From a candidate division FCPU426 bacterium (lineage in GTDB: Bacteria > Oederibacteriota > PGYV01 > Palsa-1178): 64,000 nucleotides of DNA. The translations under genes and the position numbers were made by a program. This document shows positions 1 to 9,100 of the stretch, one piece after another; position 1 is the first letter of the stretch; every line of letters begins with the position of its first letter. Where the stretch lies: NCBI GenBank assembly GCA_963840035.1, contig CAWIXE010000002.1:1248001-1312000 (forward strand). Direction: 5' to 3'. Under the pieces are notes generated by a model, which saw nothing but the letters and a program-made list of their open reading frames with translations, did not search any database and had not been told where the DNA came from.

Positions 1-80
1 GCCGCTTCCCTTACATGCGCCCTGATAAACTCCAGCTTATCATTTTTTGCGGCAACCTCAAGACAATCCACCATTTTCAT
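1..80 (-). CDS. Probable anti-sigma factor/ATP-binding protein, N-terminal fragment (runs off the window)
   Basis: ATG at 80 behind GGAGG (86-90); reads MKMVDCLEVAAKNDKLEFIRAHVREAA, resembling RsbW-type N-termini and the start of 966..1388; directly follows a STAS gene. Confidence 0.55.
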   Translation of the reverse strand, partial: MKMVDCLEVAAKNDKLEFIRAHVREA

Positions 81-89
81 TACCGCCTC

Positions 90-449
90 CTAATGCGCCC
101 TGAAGCTGTCTACGGCGTCGCTCAATGTGTCATAGGTGTTTATCATGTCGTGCAGCCCCAGCATTTTAAAAGTATTTGAAATATTACCCCGCATATGCGA
201 GATTTTCATGTCCCCGCCCTTTTTTCTGGCCTTATTGATAAGCGCCAGAAAGACGCCCCATCCCGCCGAACCCACGAAGTTCAGGCCGGCCATGTTCACA
301 ACTATTTTGTAATACATGTTTTTCAGCAGGCATTCCAGTTTTTCCTCAAAGATATCCGAATTCGTCTGGTCTATGAACCCCTGCGCGTTGAGTATCACAA
401 TGCTCCCCTTGTGTTCGACTCCGAGTATAAGCGATGTTTCTTCTTTCAC
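90..449 (-). CDS. STAS-domain anti-sigma factor antagonist (RsbV/SpoIIAA-like)
   Basis: GFID, IVVNMAGLNFVGSAGWG and GGDMKI motifs; 119 aa; GTG start with strong SD. Confidence 0.9.
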   Translation of the reverse strand: MKEETSLILGVEHKGSIVILNAQGFIDQTNSDIFEEKLECLLKNMYYKIVVNMAGLNFVGSAGWGVFLALINKARKKGGDMKISHMRGNISNTFKMLGLHDMINTYDTLSDAVDSFRAH

Positions 450-461
450 GCCGTCCCTCCT

Positions 462-812
462 TCAGATGGCCCGTACAGGCTGCTCGACAGCTTCCCTGAC
501 CGTCCCGTACGAACTGATTACTGTATCCATTGCCATAGCCGCATAATACACAAACACCTCGTCGTTCATTGACGCGAAGCGCAGCTCTCCCCCGTTCGCT
601 TTTATCCTGCTTTGGACCTCCAGGAATGTTATCCACCCCGATAAATCCATAAACGCCAGGTCCCTCATGTTAATCACAATCTTTTTTGGGGACTTGCTCA
701 GCGCCTCATCAAGCTTTGCCTTCAGGATTCCGGCGTTTGTATGGTCCATCCAGCCCATGGGATGAAGTATAACCGCGTCGGCTTTTTGATTGTCAAAAAC
801 AAACAAATCCAT
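462..812 (-). CDS. STAS-domain protein with divergent phospho-site (DLSG)
   Basis: GWMD, IVINMRDLAFMDLSGW, GGELRF; start moved to ATG 812 (MDLFVF) behind a G-rich SD, matching paralog 11276..11623. Confidence 0.85.
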   Translation of the reverse strand: MDLFVFDNQKADAVILHPMGWMDHTNAGILKAKLDEALSKSPKKIVINMRDLAFMDLSGWITFLEVQSRIKANGGELRFASMNDEVFVYYAAMAMDTVISSYGTVREAVEQPVRAI

Positions 813-965
813 ATTCCCCCCCGTATGAAATCCAAACACAGGCATGGCTGCCGCCGGGCATAAAAAATCCGCAGGCTTTCTACCGCAAAATCCAAAGGTC
901 AATATTTGAGTGATAATTTCACTCATACCGCACAAACCCGCTTGCGCTGCCGCCATATATTTCCG

Positions 966-1388
966 TTATGCCCCGTGATAGATTATCAGCGATGTTTTAT
1001 TTTTTCCGTTCCCTCTTTCATATATAATCCGGTCGCACACATTCATTATCATGCCTATACCGAGCTTTCCCTTGATGCCCCTTTCCACCAGCACATCCTT
1101 TGACATGGGCACGTATTCGAGCATATTATACGGCACGCCGCTGTCCGTTATTTCAACCTTCATGCCGTTGTGCTCAATGACATATTTAAGCAGGATGCGC
1201 CCCTTTTTTTCCGCGTATCCGTGCCTTATGACATTCTCACAGAACTCATTAATGGCAAGCTCCATCTGTTTTATGTTCTGGCGCGATACTATGACTCCGG
1301 AATCAGCCACCGCCTTGTTAAACGAAGCCCTTATTCCGGCCAGTTCCCCCATATCCGCCTGCGCTTCGGTGAAAAATATTTTTTTCAT
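966..1388 (-). CDS. Anti-sigma factor Ser/Thr kinase (RsbW/SpoIIAB-like HATPase_c)
   Basis: ELAINEFCENVIRHGY (N box), ITDSGVPY (G1), GKLGIGMI (G2). Confidence 0.9.
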   Translation of the reverse strand: MKKIFFTEAQADMGELAGIRASFNKAVADSGVIVSRQNIKQMELAINEFCENVIRHGYAEKKGRILLKYVIEHNGMKVEITDSGVPYNMLEYVPMSKDVLVERGIKGKLGIGMIMNVCDRIIYERGNGKNKTSLIIYHGA

Positions 1389-3100
1389 TTTACCCCCGCG
1401 CCCTGATCCTCATTAACGCCTATTTTCTGAAGTTCAGTAAGCTCAACCTGGGCCTTTTCAATCGATTTCATCACCCTGATATCATCCGGATCCATTTCTA
1501 TGGCCTGCTTCCAGTAGACTATAGCGTTCTTCAGGTCTCCCGCGGTATACAGTTTCAGTCCGGTATAATAAAGTTTCTTTACCTTCTCCGACTGCCCTCC
1601 GGCCAAACCCGGCCCGCCGGCCGCCAGTTTCATCTGCACTGTGGCTTTTTCCAGATATGTCCTTATGACTTTATTCGACGGTTCGATGCTTAAAGCCATG
1701 CTCAGCGATTCCTTTGCTTTGTCATATTGTTTGTCGACATATAATTCCACGCCCCTGATAAAGTGCGCCTTCGCGGCGCTTTTCATGGACATTTTCGTGT
1801 TCAATTTTTCTATGTAATAATCCACATCCCTGTATCCGCTGTCGAGCGCGTAAACGTTTTTAAAGCCTTCAAGCGAGGATACAATATCGCCCCTGTTATA
1901 CGCCTTCAGCGCCTTCTCATAATGGCCGGAAATGGCCCTTCTGCCGATGAGCTTCTTAAGGGTCAGGGCGTCCGGGTAATCCTTTGACCACGCCAGGGCT
2001 TTATCCGCGTCCTCCAGCGCCTTGTCAAAGCTTCCTTCCTTATACAGCGCGTATGCCCTGTCAATTATTATCTTTGCTTTCGCCGCCTCTTTTTTCCTGA
2101 ATTCGCGCTCAACAAGCTCTTTCACCCTGAATTTTAGCTCCGTCTCCCTTGATTTCTTCTGTTCATCCAGCGTCATTCCAAAGTTATATGAAAGCGTGAA
2201 CCTCGAGAGGCCTCCGGAATACTGGTCCGTGGAATAAGCGTAGTCTAATACCGCGTCCCATAATTTCAGGCCTCCTCCAAATGCCAGCCTGCCATCGTCA
2301 TATCCGGCCCTTAATGCCGCCACGCCATAGATAACGCCTTCAACCCCGCCGCGCAGCATCACTCCGTTTGTAGTCTCGCCCTTTGAACAGTCAAAGGTGA
2401 TATTTAAATTATAATCCGCCAGCGCCAGCTTTAACGCCACGCCCGCGGTATAAGTCTGAGGAAGCTCCTCCCTGCCGCCGGACATCGCGTATACAGGCTT
2501 TAAAATATTACGCACCATAAAACCCGCGCTTAAAAAGCTGAACGGTTCGTATAAGAACCCCAGGTCCGCGCCGAAGGATACCGCGCTTGTTTTCATCAGC
2601 GACATCGTAAACACGTTTATATTTACCCCGAACGCGGTGTTGTATCCCGTCTTTTTCGCGTATGATACTGTGCCTTTATACTCCTCAAACGAGGTGTATC
2701 CTGCCGGGACATCCGAAGAATCATAAACAGGTATATCCCCCGTGTATATCCTGCAGATACCCAGCCCGATTGAACCGAAATCAAATACCGGCTGCGCGTA
2801 TGCCGCCGAATTATAAAGCGTATTTAACCCGAGGGGATAATGCATAAGCGATACCTGCTGCTTTTCAAGATTATTAAGCCCTGCCGGATTATAAAAAGCG
2901 GCCGATGCGTCGCCGCCAAGGGCGGTAAAGGCGCTTCCCATGGCATAAGGCCTGGAACCAAATCCTGCTGTAAAGAGATCATCGGCGCCGTAGGATGATG
3001 AGGCTCCGGCCGGACACACGAACGAGGCTATAAATATAATAACAGCCGCAACCCGCATAAGCCCCGCAATGACATGCGCGCGCTTATCAATGGTTCCCAT
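1385..3100 (-). CDS. PorV/PorQ (UPF0164)-like outer-membrane barrel fused to C-terminal TPR repeats
   Basis: Signal peptide; GSRPYAMGSAFTALGGDASAAFYNPAGL signature; LRAGY and LDYAY strands; coiled coil, then TPR helices. Start 3100 has GGAGG; 3118 (ATGA overlap) is an alternative. Confidence 0.8.
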   Translation of the reverse strand: MGTIDKRAHVIAGLMRVAAVIIFIASFVCPAGASSSYGADDLFTAGFGSRPYAMGSAFTALGGDASAAFYNPAGLNNLEKQQVSLMHYPLGLNTLYNSAAYAQPVFDFGSIGLGICRIYTGDIPVYDSSDVPAGYTSFEEYKGTVSYAKKTGYNTAFGVNINVFTMSLMKTSAVSFGADLGFLYEPFSFLSAGFMVRNILKPVYAMSGGREELPQTYTAGVALKLALADYNLNITFDCSKGETTNGVMLRGGVEGVIYGVAALRAGYDDGRLAFGGGLKLWDAVLDYAYSTDQYSGGLSRFTLSYNFGMTLDEQKKSRETELKFRVKELVEREFRKKEAAKAKIIIDRAYALYKEGSFDKALEDADKALAWSKDYPDALTLKKLIGRRAISGHYEKALKAYNRGDIVSSLEGFKNVYALDSGYRDVDYYIEKLNTKMSMKSAAKAHFIRGVELYVDKQYDKAKESLSMALSIEPSNKVIRTYLEKATVQMKLAAGGPGLAGGQSEKVKKLYYTGLKLYTAGDLKNAIVYWKQAIEMDPDDIRVMKSIEKAQVELTELQKIGVNEDQGAGVK

Positions 3101-3114
3101 TCCGCCCTCCCCGC

Positions 3115-6100
3115 TCATCTTAGCACCGCTATTTTGCGCATTAACCTCTCCGACCTTCCTGTCGCCGCGCTTTTTATGTCTATAACGCATATATAAACCC
3201 CCGACCGGACGCCGGTGTGTCCGCTGTTGAAGCCGTCCCATGTATCCTCGTTGTGCAGCCCGGCGGTTTTTACGGCCCTGTCAGCCAGAATCTTAACCGG
3301 CCTGAAATCAAGCGTGTATATTGCCAGCGTGACCTCAGATGTGTCCTCAAGGTAATATTCCACAACTGTATTTCCCCTGGCCGGGTCGAAAGGATTCGGG
3401 TAATTATGGAAGGATTCTGCCGTCGCCGGCGCAAGCACCGAGACCATCCCAGACTTCATGTTCCCGAAATAATCACCAGCCTGCGCCTGCATATTTGAGT
3501 CCGGCGATGCCGTGATATCGCCCGCGGTTTCCAGTTCCAGGCCGAAGTCATAAAGGCAATCCGCCGAAAGGCCGAGTACAACCGCCAGCGTTTTTTCTGT
3601 TCCTTTCGGGATATTGAGCCCCGCCGGGTCAAGGTATAATTCAGGCGAGTCCGTCGCCGTAAATGTCCCGGCTATCGCAGCGCCGTCCATCAATAAAACA
3701 GAACTGATCACCGACGATGCCGGTATCTTATTTCCCTGCCTTGTCTTTACTGTCAGAGTTATGCCTTTAATCCCTATATCCGCCGTATTATGGTTTGAAA
3801 ATGACAATTCCAGCGCTTTGACCCCTGCCTGTCCCCTGACCGCGGACACAGGCATGCGTGCCGCATGGCAAACTCCGACAAAGTATGTGGCCGCGGTGAC
3901 GCTTGTCAAGTTTGTGTTCATAGGGAAAGCATCGCTGTTAACCGCAGTAATGGTCACATACCCGGCCGGGTTATTATGCGCGGCGATGCACGTGTCCTGC
4001 GATATGCTGAATCTTACGCTTCCGGGCGCCGCGTTATCCGCGACATTCGCGGATAAGTATATGGTCGTTGTTTTCATGGCGCCGACCGGCAAAGGGCTGT
4101 CGAACGCGACATATACCGGCCCGGCTGACGCAAACGCGCTTCCCGTGGCGTAGCCGTATGTTACCAGCCCGGGATAATCCGCGAATTTCAGCCCCTCAAT
4201 TACAGAGGAAGGCGCAAGAGTCACGCCTGCGGCATCCAATACCGTGACTGACACACCATGCATGATAACGTCCGCGGAACCCGTGGCGCACGGATTTGAC
4301 AGAGTAAGACCCATGACCTTTACGTCATCCTGGCCTTTTCCAATCAGCGCCGGTATTAGAGTCCCGTCATGCCACGCGTGCAGGTCCGTAGCAGGGGCGT
4401 CAAATATTCCAATAGCCGCCGTATGCCATGGCATCGCGGGCCCAATTATATTTTTGTCTGTTTCATATCCTGAATTGGCGTCTTTAACCCACACATCACC
4501 GCCGGATTCCAGGTATAGCGCGAAATTCTGCACGGCAGGCGCCGGCAGGATATCAGCAAAAATTGTCACGTATAAGTATCCGGACGGGGAAATAATAACC
4601 GGCGCGATGAAAGGCATCGGCACCCTATTTGAAATGCCGGGGACCACGCTTGAGAGAGTATTTGATGAGCCGTCGACCGCATACAGCCTGTCAAAACATG
4701 ACCCCGCGGAGATATTGGACCCGGCCCCGTTCTTTACCGTAACCGTTATGCCGCTTATAATTTCCCGGGCTGTATTCGCGGCCATAGTGTCGCTGACCTT
4801 AAAAGAATACAGCGCCACCCTTTTCTGCGCTTTTGTAACTGCCGGCTGCGCGTCAGCTATCGCTGTAAAATCACCCAGGTCAGCGGATTGCGCCCTGTTC
4901 TCAAGGACGCTTAAACCCGACATCATCGGGAAATTATCCGGCTGTTTATTTACTACCGGTACAGAATCAAAACTGTTCGCGTCCACGGCGTAAATGTCCG
5001 GCGCTGAAACCAGCGCCGCCTTAAACGCGGGTTTGTTAAACAAGGACGCTGCGTCCACCCTGACCGTCACTGTCACATTGACCGCGGCCGATACTATGAC
5101 CGGCGCCGACAGATTAATGGTTATCTTGTTGCCGGAAAACACGGTTGTCTCCCCGTATGTGACTGACCCGTCCCCGCTTGAAATACGCACCGCTTTTACC
5201 ACGTCCTGCGGCAGCGTATTAGCCCCGAGGTTATCCACGAGATACAGATATAGCCTCGTTATCATGACACTTGCCGTTTTGGTATCCCCCGTGTCCGTGA
5301 ACACAAGCTTCATTACCGGTATGTTCAGCTGGTCCGTGCTTATCCTGGCAGGCATGGCATCCTCATGCGCGACCTTAAGCTGCACGGCGTGTTTTTGTAT
5401 GGCTGCAGCGGAAGACTCCAGCGCGAAGGCGCCCGTCACCGGCACCCGCATGGACCGGGAATTATAATCATACGCCTCCACCGCGTCCGGCGACGACAGA
5501 GCCAGTTTAAAACCGGCCGCGGCTATATTTGTGTTCGTCGACATATCCGCTATCACATAGATGTATTTCACCTCACCCGCGGATACTGTCAGCGGCTGCG
5601 GCAGTTGTATGTTTATGAATTCACTGTCAGGTATCACGGCGGTATCGGCAAAATCATTTATGAAATCTGTAAGCCTGACCCTTGAAAAAGTTTTGGAAGC
5701 GCACAGGGTATTTGACGCGGCATCTTTTACAGTAATGGATATACCCTTTATGATCACCGGCGAATATCCCGGCCCTCCTGCGCCGCTTATGGAAAGCATC
5801 ATGGTCATGACTTCAGGCTGCCCCGTGGAAACCGAAGGTGGCATCAGGTCCGCCAGCGAAACGCTGATTCCCGTATTCCGTTGCTGAAGATTAAAGTTTC
5901 CCGACCCCATGGGAAAAGAATCGCCCGCCCCGGCGCTTACCGCAGCTGTCGCGGAAACGTCCGCTGCTGATGCGGCTTCCACACGGTACGAGGCGGAGAA
6001 AGTCACATCCCGCGCGTCCGCGTAAAGCGCCATGCTTATGGCCGACTGCGGAAGTACCTGCAGCGGCAGCGATGACATGTCCAGGATGATCTGTGGGGCC

Positions 6101-9100
6101 GCCCCTGAAACAGCTTTAACGCATTTAGTGTCGCCCCCATCATCCACTATATACATATTCGAGAATATCTCCCCCGCAGGCGCGCCGCTGCCGGAATTGT
6201 CCTTTGCAGTAACCGTCAGATAACGCACGTATTCGGCAAAAGACCCTATGTTCGTGAATGTCAGGGATAAAAGGCTGAAATTCTGCTGGCTTCCGGATAT
6301 ATCGCCGGGCGCCGCCGCGCTGTGCGTAACATGTATCCCGGGGGTTGAAATTATGGTTGTCGCATCCGAGCGCATAGGAAACAATCCTGTTACTGCGGTA
6401 ACCGGACCCCCGCTGTTTATTTCTGCCGCTGAAATATCCCCATCATCCTCTAAGGACAGCATAAGGTTAAGCCCGGACGCGGCAGGCGCGATATCGGCGT
6501 ACATGGTAACCCCCTTTAAAACGCCGCTTGCAAGGCTGATCGGAGTTGATAATGGTATGAATACCTTATTGCCCGCAGATAATATTGCCGTTTGTGCCCC
6601 GAATACAGTAACTCCGTCCGACACGGTTAGTTTTGATAAAACAGCTGATGGCGCTACCGGCCCTGCCGCTGAATTCATAACGGTAACAGTCAGTCCGCGC
6701 ACTTCGGCGGCTGAATACCCTGCCGGATTGCCGTTAACAGCCTCAAAATATAAGACCGGAACGTCAGCCTGTCCTTTGTTTACCGCAGCGGGCATAAGGT
6801 TTGCGGATGAAGCCGATATAAGATTTGTTTTTTGCTGGATCAGGGCGTAAGACGAACGCATCGGGAAAGAATCCATATAAGCGGTAACAGGCAGTATGTC
6901 ATATGAATTTGAGTCCCTGGCAATTACATTTGACGCGTATTTGATGTCAACCCTGAACCCCGGAGCGGACGGCGAAGCGTCGATATTTCCTTTTATGAAA
7001 ACCTGCTTCGTTGTCCCGGGCGGTATGATTATTGGTATTGTAAGGCCGATGGATGCCGAATCACCGTAATCCGGTGGCGAAACAACATCGCCATAAACGG
7101 CACCTGACGCATCCGTCACATATATCCTTGAGAGTACTGACTCGGGCGTTATGCCGTTGTTTGACGCGTCCTCAACCGTGGCCACTATCCTTGTTATAAA
7201 CATATTTGCGCCGTTTGAACCTCCCGGATTTGTAAAACTTATTGAGAGCAGACCCGCCCCGGATTGCCCGCTGTTATACGCCGGCTGCATGATGTCGGCA
7301 TGGGACATCCTGCATTCCTGCACCCGCTGCTGCACTATGACGCCCGACGTGGTCATCGGGAAAGCGTCCCCGTTCATAGCCGTTGCCGCGATGGTCATGC
7401 CTGAATTAGCGTCAACAAATCTTACGGCAGCAGCGTTCTTGATGTTAATCCTGAAAAATGATGCCTGCAGCGTATCTGTGATATCAAGATTCAGTTTTAA
7501 TACCTGCGAGAGTCCCGGCCCCACTGCCACCGGCGCTGAAAAAGGCACATAAAATGAACCGACAGTATTGGGAACGGCGGTAAAAGACGCGTTGATTCCG
7601 GAGTCGCCCTTTATTGTGATTTTTTTAATTGCTGCCGACGGATTTATGGCTGTATTTGTGTCGTCCTCCACAGTCAATGTCAGCCCTGAGAGGACCACAT
7701 CAGCGCAGTCCGCCGTATTGGGGTTATATGCGGTTAATATTTCCGCGAAGATGTCCGATTGGCCTGTCGATGCGGTTGTGGGTATAACGTCATTGTGGGA
7801 TAATCCGGCCCCGGAGGGCTTTAACTGCACCCGTACAGGAGAACTCCTCATCGGAAAAGTATCCTCAGAATCAGCTTCTACTATCAGGGTATTGGGCATG
7901 GCATCCACCCTTACTGCCGCGCTTATCTCCAGTTTAAAGGCCGAAGTAAATGTGTTATCCTTCAGGTCCGCAATGATATTAAAATTCCCGTATGATGACG
8001 CGGCAATATTCACGTCGTCCGTAAATGTCATGTACACATCCTGCCCTGAATCCGGCACTGCCGTTACAACGCCATTTGTCGTGCCTGCGTCATCGACCGC
8101 ATATAGCGCCGCCAGTACAGCCGAAGGTATTATGCCGTTATTCGCCATATCTTCAGCGGTTAAAGTAAGTCCATGTATGGCAATCGGCCTGTCTGTGGCA
8201 TTCGAAAACTTCAGCCCCATTACAGCCACGGCTTTCTGCCCGTTTGTGGCCGTTTCTGCCATCAGGTCCGAGTGCATGAGCTTGGCCTTATTTGAGGACA
8301 GAAGGTTTATAAGGTTTGACCGCATGTCAGGGAACGTGTCGGGCGCTTTGGCGGTTACAGATACGGCAATCATCTGATTTGAGTCGCACGCGCCGACCTT
8401 ATATCCGTTAGAGAGGCTTATCCTGAACTCGGGAGCCGAGGCAAACGGCGATATATCCGCGGCCACCGTCACTGTCAGGTTCCCCGGGGATGCCGACGGT
8501 GTCACGCGTACCGGATTTGTGAATTTTACGTATACAAACTGCCCGGCCGGCATTGCCGGAACAGAACCATAAATGTTCAGCGGATTTCCCTTTTCGTAAA
8601 CCACCACCTTGGAAAGCGCGGTATTGGCGGCGATTGACCCTGAAGAGTTCTCGGCTGTCAATGTAATGCCGTAAATAACGGCAGATGAAGTCAGGGTGTC
8701 ACCCGGCGCTTCAAATGCCAGGTCGATGAGCTCCGCGCCGACGTCGCCTTTTGACAGGGGCCCCGCGGCGCGCGGAGTATGCGACACGTTCAATGAAAGC
8801 GCGCGCGCCTCGACACGCACGGCCGAACTGTTCATCGGGAAAGAATCAAGTATGGGTGAAACCGGCAGCGCGTTGCCGAGGTTATAGTCCTTCGCGATAA
8901 TCCCCGCGGCTGAAGCCATCTGGGCCCTGAAGTAATTCTTTTTCGGGCTTGCTGAAATGTTAAATTTTACCGACACCGTGACCGGCGCCGAAGAGCTGTA
9001 TCCTATGATTACCGGCGAAACCAAAGCCATATCCAGGACAGAACCGGTTGTCGTGACAGCCGAGGCATAGTAAGCTGCTGATGTGTTGCTAAAATCCTCA

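Noticed and set aside
813..837. GTTT-N15-GGGAAT resembling a SigB promoter
   Set aside because: The GGGAAT abuts the ATG and is better explained as the ribosome-binding site
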